Shown piece after piece: positions 24,190 through 37,642 of a stretch of DNA of 64,000 nucleotides. Each line of letters starts with the position of its first letter. The first letter of the stretch is position 1. The stretch lies in assembly GCA_020891255.1 (NCBI GenBank), contig BQFW01000009.1, positions 1,550,001 through 1,614,000 of the forward strand, given 5' to 3'. Origin of the DNA: Entomortierella parvispora E1425 (Eukaryota > Fungi > Mortierellomycota). A program made the position numbers and the translations under genes. The notes beneath the pieces were generated by a model. It worked only from the letters and a program-made list of their open reading frames with translations. It ran no database searches and was not told the DNA's origin.

Positions 24190-27100
24190 GGGAGGTTATT
24201 AGAAATGGATCCCGTCTTGTTTAATTCTAGGACCTTTAAGAAGCGATGAAGATGGTGGGGAATACGGGGGAAGTCTGACCGGGATGTATTATTGTTATTT
24301 TCCCGGCGAGAGGGGTCGCACTGAGAACAGAAAACACACAACATTGGGATCATCGCATCAAGCTCATATTAAAAAAAATACACAAATATGGACGACTGGC
24401 TGTATTATGATTGTACTGATGAAGGAGTGGGTCACTCTGCTCTTTGGCCAGCTCTTCGAGAATGGACCCCTAATCAATTACTCATAATCCAATCTCCTAC
24501 GATTGACTTTCAACCTCCACACTAGCGAACGGTATCGCTTCTCACATACATGTGACCTTCCATCATTTGCCTGTCAAGGAGAGTCGATCAGACCTTGAAC
24601 TCGGGTTCGCCAAATCACCCAGGATTTATGGGACCATACAGGTGACTGAAATGAAAATCCCAACCAGAACAAACACAGGGTGCTTTTGGCCCTCGTTTCC
24701 GATGATAAAATAGGCCAAAAGGCGAAGTACCCCTCGGTAAAACAAGTTCTTTGGTTGCTGCCTACTATTGACAATACGTAAGCCGTTGTTGTCCTTTCTC
24801 TGTCAGGAACAGACCACGTTCTTTTGTCGCCTCTCGACCACTTTTCTTCTCCGAGGAGGCTGGCGGGTGTATGATGGTGTTGAGTGAACTTGACTGGATT
24901 TGATATTCTCGGGCCATCCTTCCTCCTGCTGTTTAGTCCGTTGTTCCAATTGTCCCTTTTTTCTTACTTTGCAATTCAGCCCTGCTTCTGTCGCGCCCAG
25001 GCTGTGCAGCCACATTGTGGCGAAGCTCCCCAACAGACCAAGACGACCAAGGGCTTTGTGTGTTCGATGGCATCATCGTCCTCTTGACTTGCAGTTCGCG
25101 CTGCAGGACGCACGTACGTGCAGTACTGTGTGTCAGTAAGTGAGGTAATTTTTTTCTGTATGACGATGGTGACGAATGGGTGGAAACACGTTAAAATGAT
25201 ATTTCGTACCGACTATGGTAACTTGTGCTTGGCACAAGCGGGAACGCCCATTTCTGAGGAGAATGAAAAAACGCGGTATTTTTTTTCTATCTCTCTCTCT
25301 CTACATCTTCTTGCTGTTGTTGTGGATGATCCGTTTTCTGTTTATCGCGCGTTCTCTCCTTGCATGAACACACCCCCGAGCACAGCTTTTTTATCTTTTG
25401 ACTGAGAAAGAAAAAAAAAAAAAAAAAGAAACTAGGAAAAAAAATATAAAAAAAAAGCCTCATCTACGCCACGACACAAGCTTTGAGCAACCACAACCAC
25501 TTACTGCGGCCCCCTGCCCCGTGCGACTTTGGTTTTTAATCCTCTTCTCCGCCCTCCCCAGTCGAGCTTTCCTTTCTCTTTACCTCCTTCATTCTTCACC
25601 CACCCACCACGACCGAATGCCAATAGACTGTCCTCCACCCCGTGAGAAAAGAAGATCCATGAAGACAAAGGCGCGTATCCGATAATCTCTAGACGCTAGC
25701 AGAACGCGAAAAGATCAAAACAAGAGACAAACAATACAAGGAGAAAAAGAGAAAGGAAGAAACAAACGGTAAGTTTGTTGGCGAGATACGCACAGCCAAC
25801 TGATGAGTGGGAAAGGGAAGAAGATCATGGTCAATTGAGTTAATGCGAAAAGAAGGAGAACTTGTTGGAACGCACGTATGCATCCAACCACCCTGAACCA
25901 AAAGGGTCCATAGGCGCAAGCTCTTGGAGGGCCGGGGTCACCCAGCATGTTTAATGATGACCAGCGTGAGTGATGTCTGTGTGTGGGTTTATTTATTGTT
26001 TTGTTTGGGCTGCATACAAAAAAACGGCCTGGGGTTGGGACAAAAGGTATCATTATTTTTATCCTTTGTCCATGCAACTTGGTCTTTTTTTCCCCCCCTT
26101 TTCAAAGGACACACAGAGCAGCAGAGACCTTGCATGGATGAAAAAATGGACCGGGGACTGGGAAGTATTATTATTTGAACAGGGAGCACACCAAAGAATA
26201 ATGAATTTATTTTCGGGGTTGCAGGCTTCGCAGGCCTTGCAACTGCACAACTGCAAAGTAAAATGAGAAGGAAAGGGAACCGAGGTACTTGCAGCACGTT
26301 TTTGGGGTGTTTGGATGTGATTTGAGCTTTGGGTTGTTGGAGCATTGGGATCATCAGCCAAATGCAAAACACGAAAAAAAAAGAAAAAAAAAAAAAAAAA
26401 AGGTGGAGCGGGAAAAAAAATATGTTTGAGCGAACAAACAAAACATAAAATAGATGAAAGGGAAAAAAGGTATGAGAGCATTGAGCTGGAAGGTGGGAAG
26501 AGAGAGAGAGCGGGTCCAGAGTCTTCAGGAAATGAACAGCGTGGAGGGTGACCGTGTCATGGTTCGATCATTTCAGCAGGAAGAAGTTGGTTCCTGGTCC
26601 TTTGTGGAAGGAAGTAAAACAATGCCCTATGATGCTATGATGGGGCTGATTCGATTGGAAGCGTGGGTGTCTGACTGACGTCTGGAATGAGTGGATCGAA
26701 CAAGCGGCTTGTCCCCGCGTTCCCCCGTTAAGGACGAGTCCCCGGTTGCGGATCTGGTGGTGATGATACACGTCCAGGGTGGAGAGAGAGGTCCCACCCC
26801 GGGAATGATGAAGGTTGATGATGATGAGGAACTGGCTGGGGTTGCTGGCTGGCTGGTTGGGCTGCGCGATGTGACAGCACAGTCAAGGATGATCCTGCTA
26901 CCAACGCACTAGCCTTGCAAGGCCAATTGCGGGCCGTGTCCACCCCACACTTGTTGGCCACACGCACAATGGGCCTTCACGACATTTCCCTGTGGGATGG
27001 CTGCATCGAAGGAAAGGAAGCACAGGGAAGGAAGGAAGACCATGACCCTCTTCTTTCCTTCACTTCTTTCCCTTCCTCTTTTTCTTTCTTTTCTTTCTTC

Positions 27101-27512
27101 TTCTCTTCACCATCCACCACGCTCTCTTGCTCCCCTGCACCTTCAGTGATACAACCATCCACCCATCCAAACCATTCAACTTCTGTTGCTCCAGTTCACT
27201 CACTCGTCTCTCCTTCTTTCCAGGCACACAGCAACCTTCTTCCAGGAACAAAAAACCTATCGACCTCATTCATCCATCCATTCATTCCCAGGCTTACTTC
27301 ACCCCTCCCTGACGTTCATTCCATTCGCTTTCCCCTTCGTTTGTTCGACACCACAGCTCAATCGCCTTCCTCCTCCAAGACTACACCCGCTCCTCTGCCT
27401 CCTTGTTTTCTTGGCACCTCGCGCTTAAAGCCACGTTCTTCACCCAGCTGCAGCCACTGCAACCCCCTTCACCACTACCACCACCCCTTCCACCAACGCA
27501 CATCCACATACA

Positions 27513-28079
27513 ATGGACGGCGTCGACTGCGACTGGTGCCTGGTTTGCGACAAGCACACGGCCGAGAACGAGGCCTACTGCTCGGAAGAGTGCCGCTCCA
27601 CCGACCTGATGTCCTCCTCTGCCTCGTCCTCCTCGTCCTCCAACTCTGCGCACTCGGCCTACTTTCACTCCCTCCACTCTCACTATCCCGCGCTGTCCTC
27701 CTCCTCTTCGACCTTCTCCTCGTCAAGCGGCATGTCCTCCGACGGCTCTGCGTCCTCCTCCTTCTCGTCCCTCAATGATAATTACCCGATGCCGCCCTTC
27801 CAGCGCAAACAGCGAATCTCGTGCCCCAATATCTACGCCCAGTGCGCTGCCAACCCCAATCCTCCTCCTTCGCTCATGTTCACCACGGGTGGGAATGCAG
27901 CCTCGGCACTGAGTCAACATTTGCTAATGCAGCATCAAAAGCTGATGCAAGAAAGTTGCCATGGCCATAATCCCGCGTCCACGATCCCGCCTCTGCCAGG
28001 ACATGCCTACCCTTCCCAGAGCGGTAACGCCTATCACGCCAACAATGGTCGACCTGGCTCTCCCTTTGGCCAGCAGTAA
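27513..28079 (+). CDS. Ecl1-family (extender of chronological lifespan) Cys-motif protein
   Basis: N-terminal DWCLVCDK..YCSEECRSTD matches the Ecl1/2/3 CxxC..CSxxC..D pattern, followed by a Ser-rich low-complexity region. Single exon. Family-level call only. Confidence 0.8.
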   Translation: MDGVDCDWCLVCDKHTAENEAYCSEECRSTDLMSSSASSSSSSNSAHSAYFHSLHSHYPALSSSSSTFSSSSGMSSDGSASSSFSSLNDNYPMPPFQRKQRISCPNIYAQCAANPNPPPSLMFTTGGNAASALSQHLLMQHQKLMQESCHGHNPASTIPPLPGHAYPSQSGNAYHANNGRPGSPFGQQ

Positions 28080-30251
28080 TAGGTTGGCAGACTAGAAACG
28101 CGACCTGGGAATGTGATAATCGCGTCACCTCTTGGTCAAAGTCGCGTCTCCACCCACAACCCTGTTCCTGCTCGTCCTTCCCTCCCTTTCCCTCAAGATA
28201 CCACATGGAACCGGCTAAAGAAACCTTCAGATGACGCCGTCGTCGGTCTCTTGCCTCCACCCCGTCTCCTTTTACAGCTCTTACAGTCCTCCTCGTCCCC
28301 TTTTCGCCTCCTCGACCCTTTCTCCTTTCTCATCTTTAAAAAAGATGAAGGCTCTATACCTTATTTTCTATCCTTCTTTTTCTTCCCCCTTTGGCTCTAT
28401 TGCTATAACGACGATCTATTCGAACCACACGGTCAGCGACAGCTGGAACTGGCGCACGCAATCTCGAAAAAACTGGCAGGATGCATACCAGTCCTTTTTT
28501 CACCGTTCCGTTCGGCTCTCCTTTTTTTCCAGAACCGCTTCTGCCTTGTTTGTGACCTGCATGGCCCAGCCCAAGCTGTCCTAGGAACAGACCCAGGAAC
28601 AAGAAAAAAAAACCTCAAGGGAAATCCACACACTCTGAAAAAGAAAAAAAAAAAAAATGTCGCCATCGGCGGTGCCCTTGCGTCTTGCCCTTTTTTCCCT
28701 TTTTCTTTTTTTGGATCGTGTCCCATTCGATCGACTGTTTTTTGGGGGTGACAGGAAGACAAGGGGGGTGCAGAAGGTGGTCGTAAGCTCCTCGAGTTCC
28801 CATGCTCAGAGATCTACACCGGTCCCAGCCTGTGTCCTCCTTCCCAAGTAGCAAATCGTCTGGAATGTAGATTCCCGTTTTGTGTGATTTTGGTCCAGCT
28901 GGGAGGGAGCCTGTCCCTGGTCTGTCGATCCCGGTCCCTGTTTCTCCTGACGTAGCCACACTCTTGACAGGACTCGCTTCCTCCAGTCCTCGTCTTGCTC
29001 GTAGATGGACGTCATGGATCGGCCCCCTCCTGTTCCTCTGGCCTTGTCTGCATCCAGGACAGTCTCCGCCAATAAGCTTCCAACACACCTCAATGGACGC
29101 GTCGGATCGTGTCGGGCACGCGACAATGTTCCACCGCTTTTCTGGATCTTACCCTTTGGTCACTACCGCCAGTGTCTTCTTTTCGCTTGTACAGTCCTCT
29201 TCTCTTATCACCACCTTCACCCGCCTTCCGTCCCCCGATCTGTCTTCTCTCTTTCTCTTAGTCTCTTGTTAGTTCAGTTGTCATTGATACTCTCACCAGC
29301 ATGTACAGTCCTTTTTTTTCCCCTCTGGTGTTTGTTTCTTTTTTCTTTTCTTTCATTCTCTTTTTTTTTTTATTCTTCGATCAGGGATCGGCCTTTCCTT
29401 ACCAAAACGATCAAGCGTTCTTCGCCTGTCATCATCATTTTCATTCTACCTACCCGTCAGTCCTTGTTGTTGTCGTTTGTTATTGCTGCCTGCTGATCAT
29501 TGTTTTCTGTTTACTACCCCTTTAATGCTTCTTTTGTACAATCTCATTCGCTTCAACTCTCCACTAGAAAAAAGCAAAGCACAAAAAAAATACGTTCTTT
29601 TTCATTATTTAATTAAAAAAAGAGAGAAAAATTGTTGTTTGTAGACTACCCGGGGTTGTCGTCATTTGTGATGAAGTGGGCTCGAGGCAGGAGGGGGGGC
29701 ACTTTGGAATACGAAACAGATCCCCATCCATGCCTGTAGAAAACTTTTTTTTTCTTTTTATAAACGACAGTGTGGATTAGAACGATCGAGTCCATATTCC
29801 AGTCTTGACCTTTTTCTTTTTGTTGCCTACTCTGTTGGCTGCTTTGCCCAGCCGTTGACCGTTCATTGAATAGTCCAGTCCGACAACCGTTCCTTTGAAG
29901 TTTCATTTCATTATGAACACGTCCAACACGTTCCGTGCCTCCTGCAGTATTGGTGCGAGACAGACGCGAACGGGCCATTGTTGCATCCTGTTTGGGAAAC
30001 AGAGGTGATCGACCTTTTTTTTTTTTCTGTTTTTTGATGGAACCATCGGCTTTTCATTCTCTTTTCCACTCTTTCTCCTCATCTCTGTTCATTGTTAGTG
30101 GTTGTATTTTTTTTTCCTATATAGTTCTCTCCATTTACCAATCGTCAGTTATTCGGCAACCTCGTCGTCATTTCTTTGGCCTCACCTCTGGCGCCTCAAC
30201 CAGCCTCAAGATTTCATCTTTATCTCGACGATTGGACAACAACCATCCTAC

Positions 30252-31935
30252 ATGGTTCCAATCTCGCTCTACAGCCATCGCGACAAAGTCGCTGAACCTG
30301 CATCACCATCGGAATCGTCTTTAACACACCGTCGCAGCCGCCGCCGCCATGCTGCTCTCTTTGCTCTGATCGTTATGATTGGACCCATGCTGGTGGCCCA
30401 TGTTACAGATGCGCATCGTCCACCCTCTTCCATCTCCACGGAAGAGGCCATGCGATTACTCTCCTCGCCCGCTGCTGGTTCGGCTGGTGCAGTCACTGGC
30501 ACCTCCTCGTCGTCCCAGCCTTCTTCCACTCTGCCTGATGACATTGATTACCACGGCATCGTTCACCACATAAACTCGACTTTGTCTCCCCCCGCTGATG
30601 AGGCGCTGGCCGACAAGCAGGAGGAAGAAAAAGAAGAATCTTCTGGCCAAGAGCTTGAAGGACAACACCAACAGTCCAGGAGCCGTATGAGGGCCTCGCT
30701 CTATCCGACCAAGGATACGCAACCAGATGTGAACTCGCCGCAGGTGAAGGCATGGGTTGCCGAGATTGATTGGTCCAAAGTGCCCAATATCCCAGTCGCT
30801 CCCGGTCTGCCGGACGTGCCTCATTTCCCGAAATGTCCTCCCGATAATTTGGTGGATCGATCCAGTTGCTGGTGGAGTTGCTCCGGTTGTGTCGCCCCGT
30901 CAGATGTGGTGACCTGTCCAGATAAGAACGCCTGGGGGTTGACCTATGACGATGGACCCAGTCTGGCGACGCGCGACATGATGACGTTCTTGGGTGAAAA
31001 ACAGCTCACGGCGACTTTTTTCATTGTGGGCAGCAGAGTGTTGGAGTACCCCGATATCCTGAAAGAGCAAGTTGCCAGAGGCCATCATATTGCCATGCAC
31101 AGTAAGTTTGTTTTTTTTTTTTGGCTTTTTGTTCGTTTTGCTGGTTTTGTTGTATTCGTCATTTCTGGCCATTTTTTTGAGGTCTCTTGAACTGACATGA
31201 CCTCTCGTAATTTCTCCATTTTGCCATAAAGCTTGGTCCCACGCTGGCTTGACCACTCTGACAAATCACCAAATCGTGGCCGAGATTCGCTGGACCGAAA
31301 AGATCATCCGTGACGTGACGGGCTTGACCATGAAATACGTCCGTCCACCCTACGGTGATACTGACAACCGCGTGCGCGAGATCCTTCGACAGATGGGTTA
31401 CACCACCGTGATCTGGACTTCAGGTTGGGACACCAACGACTGGAGGATGCTTCAGCACCAAGTAGAAAAGAGCGAGATTCTTCGAAGCTTTCAGAGCGCG
31501 CTTTCCACACGAACCTCGATCCGGTCGCAAACTGGCCAGCCAGGAGGACCCATTACATTGGAACACGATTTGAGCGAGGACACGATCAACCTTTCCAAAA
31601 CGCTGATCCCGATGGCTGAGGGCCAAGGGTTGAAACCCATGAGCTTGGCGACCTGTTTGAACGATGCCACGCCTTACCAACGCGGCAGCCGATTGGGTCC
31701 CGGAGGGGCCACGGAAAAAATCAACAATGGAGACAGCACGAGTTGGTTCGGAGGGATGGAGGGCATGGAAGAACAGGATTTCAGTCCGGTCCAGTCAAGA
31801 ACGAGATTGGAATCCTCCAGAGGCAAGAAGAACGATGCCACTGCTTTGCAAGGAAGCTCTTTGAGCGTAGGACAACTGGCGATGCAGGCTGGTTTGGCGT
31901 TGATGGCGGTGGCCAGTGTGATGATGACCCTCTGA
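30252..31935 (+). CDS. Chitin deacetylase / CE4 polysaccharide deacetylase with a GPI-like tail (2 exons)
   Basis: All NodB motifs present: TYDDGP, MH|TWSH (split by intron), RPPYG, DTNDW and ITLEHD. Cys-rich linker CWWSCSGC and hydrophobic C-terminus. Start codon uncertain (ORF open from 30102). Confidence 0.92.
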
Positions 31936-32952
31936 GGGGAGGATTTCTTTAGTGTGTACAATGTAACAATGTTTTATTGATCAAATTATGGAGACCAAGC
32001 GATCTTGAGAAGAGAGATTCGACTGTGCATTGTAGTCTGACTGAAGTCCAATGAGGTGTTTTGATCGTTTTGATGGGACTATTCTTCAGAAACTCCCTCC
32101 ACGATAAGCGTGAGGTAAGATCCAACCGACCAGTTGTTGTTGATGAAAATATCGAACAATGGCGTGTCCAATGAACAACCTCAATGCATTTCCATGAGAG
32201 TAATGTTGGCTGCAATATTCACGTCAGCGTTGATCTCCTTTGTTTGTTGGTTGCTGTGTTGATTCGTATCAGGATTAGATCCGGTTTGGATATTGGATAG
32301 AGCTGATATATCCACATCGGAGGGAGGTTCAGCCCCGACAGGTGAAAATGAACCACGGCTCTTCCTGAGTCCAACGATATGTCGTTGTTCTCTACAGACA
32401 AAAAAAAAAAAAAAAAAGAAAAGAAAAAAAAAGCTTCATGCAATTGCATGGCGATGCTGGGGGGGGGGGGTTGTGTGATCCATCAACAAAAGCTCACCCC
32501 AAGTTGATCCCATAGATATCGGTTCGGTGAGGATCGTAGCCGGGCATCCTCCCTGGATTGTTTATTAGCAATCGACTCCATCAACGTTGATTCGAGTGAG
32601 TGCCGTTAAGTGAGCAAACAAACGTCCTAAGGTCATGGTCATTGGGTCTGGCGGATAATAGAGCTGTTTATGGTGCCGCTGAGGATTTCTCCGCGGATGA
32701 TGACATCCATCAGCCATCCGCTCATGTAGCTATTGCAACTTGCGCAGGTCATAGCCTAGGTGTTTGTCAACGATCATCATCTCACCCGATTCCGGAACTG
32801 CGCACCCTGCCGTGTGGGACGTGGATGGAGTACCGCGACTCAGCTTATCCATGGGATGGTCCACTCCACAGTGTAGAAAGAGAAGGAGAGAGCAGAGGCA
32901 GGCGAGCCCACCTGCTCACACACGGACACGAAAGGTCTGACATTATTCATCG

Positions 32953-33072
32953 GTACGTGTCACGTACGAGAAAAAGCCAGTCCTTCCGGCACGCGTTTTT
33001 GTTTATGTTTGTTCGTGAATTTAATTTATGTCCTTGGCCAAAAACGACGCCACTCGAGCAGACTGGACGCGT
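32953..33072 (+). promoter_or_regulatory. Two MCB (ACGCGT) elements and a 15-bp palindrome upstream of RNR1
   Basis: ACGCGT at 32991-32996 and 33067-33072; GTACGTG-T-CACGTAC at 32953-32967. These lie about 310-430 nt upstream of the RNR1 ATG. Function is inferred from yeast. Confidence 0.55.
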
Positions 33073-33378
33073 CTTTGGTGTTTTTCCTCCTCCCTGGACT
33101 CTCTTCCCTCCCTTTTCTTTTCTTTTTTCTTCTTCTTCTTCTTCTTCTTCTTTGACCCTTCACCTTCGTCTTTTCTCTCTCTCTGTCTTTCTCGTTGTGT
33201 CTTTCTCTGTCCTCTCTATTGTTTCATCCTTGCCTGCAGTGCTCCACGCATCCCTCGAAACAACCCGCCACCCCTGTCTTGCTGCACCTCGTCTCCTTTG
33301 TCGCGCCGTGCACAACAGCTCTTTCCACTCCACACACACCATCATTCATTCATTCACCCTTCTCACTCCACATTCATA

Positions 33379-36300
33379 ATGTTTGTCCTCAAGCGAGGTA
33401 AGTTGCCCCAGAAAAGCAGATTGTCTTTGTTGCAACATGACCCGCGTGAAGCGGCCATCTTCCTCGCTTCATTTGTCGCGTCCCAACTCATCATGCCTTT
33501 TTTTCTTTTGTTTGTTTTTCTCTTGCTCATCCCTGCAGATGGCAGACGCGAAACCGTAAGTGACCACAGTCCTCGAGTGCCCCTTGCTTGACTCTGCTGA
33601 TCGACCGATTCCATGAGACTCATCTCGTTCACTCTCCATGTTCACGCATCTCAGGTCCACTTCGACAAGATCACATCCCGAATCTCCAAGTTGTGCTATG
33701 GTCTGAACCCAGACTTTGTGGACCCTCCCAGAGTCTCGCAAAAGGTAACGTACTATGCGTCTCTCCTCGCGAAAGGGGTTGGGGTGGAAGCAGATGGACG
33801 CAGAGAGAGGCGTGCAGGGAGAGAGGTGCGCGCCAGAGTGTTTTGTTTTCGCTGAAGTTCGTTTCAGTTTTGATTCGTTGATAGACTGGGACGGTCAAGA
33901 CTGGCTGACGGTCGGCGCCACCGTTTTTTTTTTCCTTTTTTTTTTTGTTTGTGATGAGAAGGAAGGAAGGAGGTTGCCGTCGAGGGAAAGAGGGGTGTGT
34001 GGGTCATCCAAATCCGCTTCTCGTCACCGTCTGTCCTTGTGCTTCCTTCGTAACCACACACTTTGTTTTGCAGGCGCACGTTCCACCACCAGCACCCACG
34101 TTGTTGCAATGACAAACTCACGCTGTTTTTATTTTAACCTGTCATACAACAAATTAGGTCGTGCAAGGCATGTACCAGGGTATCACAACCGTCGAACTCG
34201 ACAACTTGGCCGCTGAAACTGCCGCATACTTGACGACAAACCACCCCGACTACGCGACCCTGGCGGCTCGCATTGCCATCTCCAACTTGCACAAGGAGAC
34301 CAAGAAGGTGTTTTCTACCGTGATTGAGGATCTTTATACCCACGTGCACCCCAAGCTCAAGAAGAACGTTCCTTTGGTCTCGCAGGAGACCTACGAAATC
34401 GTGATGGAGAACGCGGATCGTCTCAACTCTGCCATCATCTACGACCGTGATTATGGATACAACTTTTTCGGATTCAAGACCTTGGAGAAGAGTTATCTTT
34501 TGCGCATCAATGGTAAGACTGCTCTGCGGAGAAGATGCCGACTCATGACTTTTTTTTGCACATCTTGGGATTCTTGCCTAAACTTCTTTACATGGTTTCC
34601 TATAGATATTGTTGTGGAGCGCCCTCAGCACATGATCATGCGCGTCTCTATTGGTATCCACGGTAGAGATATCGATGCCGCAATTGAGACCTACAATCTC
34701 ATGTCCGAAAAGTACTTCACCCATGCGACCCCAACCCTGTTCAACGCCGGTACTCCCCGTCCTCAAATGTCCAGCTGTTTCTTGGTCCAGATGGTCGACG
34801 ACTCAATCGAAGGTATCTACGATACATTGAAGACTTGCTCTTTGATCTCAAAGTCAGCCGGAGGTGTCGGTGTCTCTTTTCAAAAGATCCGTGCCTCCGG
34901 TTCTTATATCGCTGGCACCAACGGCAACTCGAACGGTATTGTGCCCATGCTGAGGGTCTTCAACGACACTGCCCGCTTTGTGAACCAAGGTGGCGGAAAG
35001 CGCAATGGATCCTTCGCCATGTAAGTGTTTACAAGTGGTTGCTCCTTTTGTCATGTTCAGAATGTAGCGAGATTCGATCGTTAACAATTCCATTCAACCA
35101 TCATTTATCAGGTACTTGGAGCCTTGGCACTCGGATGTATTCGAGTTCTTGGATTTGCGCAAGAACACTGGTCATGAAGAATTGCGTGCTCGTGATCTGT
35201 TTTTGGGACTCTGGATCCCAGACCTGTTCATGCAGCGTGTTGAGCAGGACGGAGACTGGCACTTGTTTTGCCCCGGCGAGTGTCCTGGCCTCGACACTGT
35301 CTATGGCCAAGAATTTGTGGATCTCTATAACAAGTATGTTGCTGCCGGAAAGTACCGTCGCATTGTCAAGGCCCAAAAGCTGTGGTTTGCGATTGTTGAT
35401 GCTCAGATCGAGACTGGCATGCCTTATATGCTTTACAAGGGTGAGTGAATACTGGCACGGACTCTCAAATGCTTCAGAGATTTGCGATGATACTAATGGA
35501 CCAATATTCTTGAAATGTGTAGACTCTTGCAATGCCAAGTCGAACCAAAAGAACTTGGGAACTATTACCTGTTCCAACTTGTGCACAGAAATTGTCGAGT
35601 ACACGGCTCCAGATGAGGTTGCTGTTTGCAACTTGGCCTCGATTGCGCTCCCCAAGTTTGTCGATACCAAGAACATGGTCTTTGACTTTAAGCAGATGCA
35701 TGCAGTGGTCAAGGTCGCGACCAAGAACATGAACAAGGTCATCGATCGCAACTACTACCCTGTTCCGGAGGCAGAAAAGTCTAACAAGCGTCACCGCCCT
35801 CTTGGATTGGGTGTCCAGGGACTTGCCGATGCCTTTGTCATGCTCCGTTACTCTTTTGATTCGCCCGAGGCGCGTCAGCTGAACAAGGACATCTTTGAGA
35901 CGCTCTACCATGGTGCTTTGGAAGCCTCTTGCGAGTTGGCTGAGATCGAGGGCACCTACGAGACCTATGCTGGCTCCCCAGTCTCTCAAGGAATCCTCCA
36001 GTTTGATATGTGGGATAATGTCCAGCACAGCGGCAACTGGGATTGGGCTGCTCTCAAGGCCAAGATCGCGATCCATGGAGTCCGCAACTCACTTTTGGTT
36101 GCACCCATGCCCACCGCTTCTACCTCTCAGATCTTGGGCAACAATGAGTGCTTTGAGCCCTACACCTCCAACATTTACCAGCGTCGCGTCATGAGTGGAG
36201 AGTTCCAGGTTGTGGTACGTGCCCTTGTCATTTCCCTTTGCACGTTTGCATTTGATACTGATATATCCAAGATGAGTAACAGTATTCTAACATTTGTTTT

Positions 36301-36894
36301 ACTCCATTTCTGTGCCACTCTCATGATTAGAACCATCACTTGCTGAACGACTTGACGCAGATGGGCCTTTGGAACGAATCCATGAAGAACCAAATCATTG
36401 CTGCTGGCGGATCTATCCAGGGCCTCTCAGAACTCGATGACGACTTCAAGGCATTGTACAGAACTATTTGGGAGATCCCCCAGCGCGCGTTGCTGGAGAT
36501 GGCAGCAGACCGAGCACCGTACATTGATCAATCTCAGTCGTTGAACGTGTTCATGTCGGACCCCAATGCCAAGAAGATCACGTCGATGCACTTCTTTGCC
36601 TGGAAGAAGGGACTCAAGACCGGTATGTACTACTTGAGATCCAGACCTGCAGTGGACGCCATCAAGTTCACGGTAGACCAGCAGGCTCTGGTCGAGAGTT
36701 TGAAGAAGCAAGCGTTGGTGGCCAAGGCTGTCAAGCAGCAGACGGCTATTCAGACCAAGGGTGTCGGGTCAAAGACTGGTATCACGACTCCCGAACTGGA
36801 ATCGCCCAAGTTGGACGAGGCAGACCAGGCAGCACTGGATGCCATCATGTGTTCGTTGGAGAACAAGGATGCTTGCGTGATGTGCAGCGGATAA
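33379..36894 (+). CDS. RNR1: Ribonucleoside-diphosphate reductase large subunit (class Ia), multi-exon
   Basis: ATP cone MFVLKR|[26 protein letters not shown]|[34 protein letters not shown] and the C-terminal CVMCSG. No intein seen. Confidence 0.98.
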
Positions 36895-37642
36895 AATGTC
36901 ATGTTTCTTCGTTGCCTTCATTTTCTTCTTCGTTCCTCTCTTTTCCTTCCACCGTCTGGGGTGTATTCCATAACGTATATTCATTGTATTTGTATTTTCC
37001 TCCTTCTCCTTCACTCACGCTTTCAGTCTCATTCGTGTCATTCGTGCCTCTTCCCTATAATATTCATGGCCCAATCAAATAAATCCTTTGGCAAAAAAAC
37101 AAGCACAGAGTCGAGATGCGCGGAAGAAGGTGGTGCATGAAAAAGTCGTCATGGGCCGGTCAATTAGAGAGGGTGCGTGCAATTACAGATCGTGCGTGCC
37201 CTGCCGCTGTCACCGCGCACTCGCCACACCCTGACCTTGTCGACCTTGTAGGACCTTGCCCTTGCGCTCATTGCTTGTTCTTCTTCCTTCCGTTCGCATT
37301 GTTCCGCTGCTCTTGTCTCAAACCTACCTGGTCCTGCTGGTCGTCGTTGCTTCAATTCGCCCTCTTTGCCTCTTCACCACGTCAAAACATTATTACTTTC
37401 TTTTGTTTTGCTACTACTTTCGCAACGAGGCTGATTGTGGACATTTCCTACACACATGCATTAATCCTCTTCAACTCTTCACTTCATTCCCCGTTCATTC
37501 TTTTCTTTCGCTTGCTTCTTCAAGAAATCAGAAAAGCACGCGTTCATACCACACAATCGGATCACTCTTTATTTTTTTCTATTTTTTTTTTTGTTTTTTT
37601 TATTATTTTTTTGCGACACCTTCGTGATCCCTGCAGAATCGA

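Noticed and set aside
24683-24721. 9-bp inverted repeat CTTTTGGCC..GGCCAAAAG with a 21-nt loop
   Set aside because: Several such stems are expected by chance in 64 kb and there is no supporting context.
28806-29126. Minus-strand 106-aa ORF between the Ecl1-like gene and the deacetylase
   Set aside because: No motif, no splice support and no codon bias.
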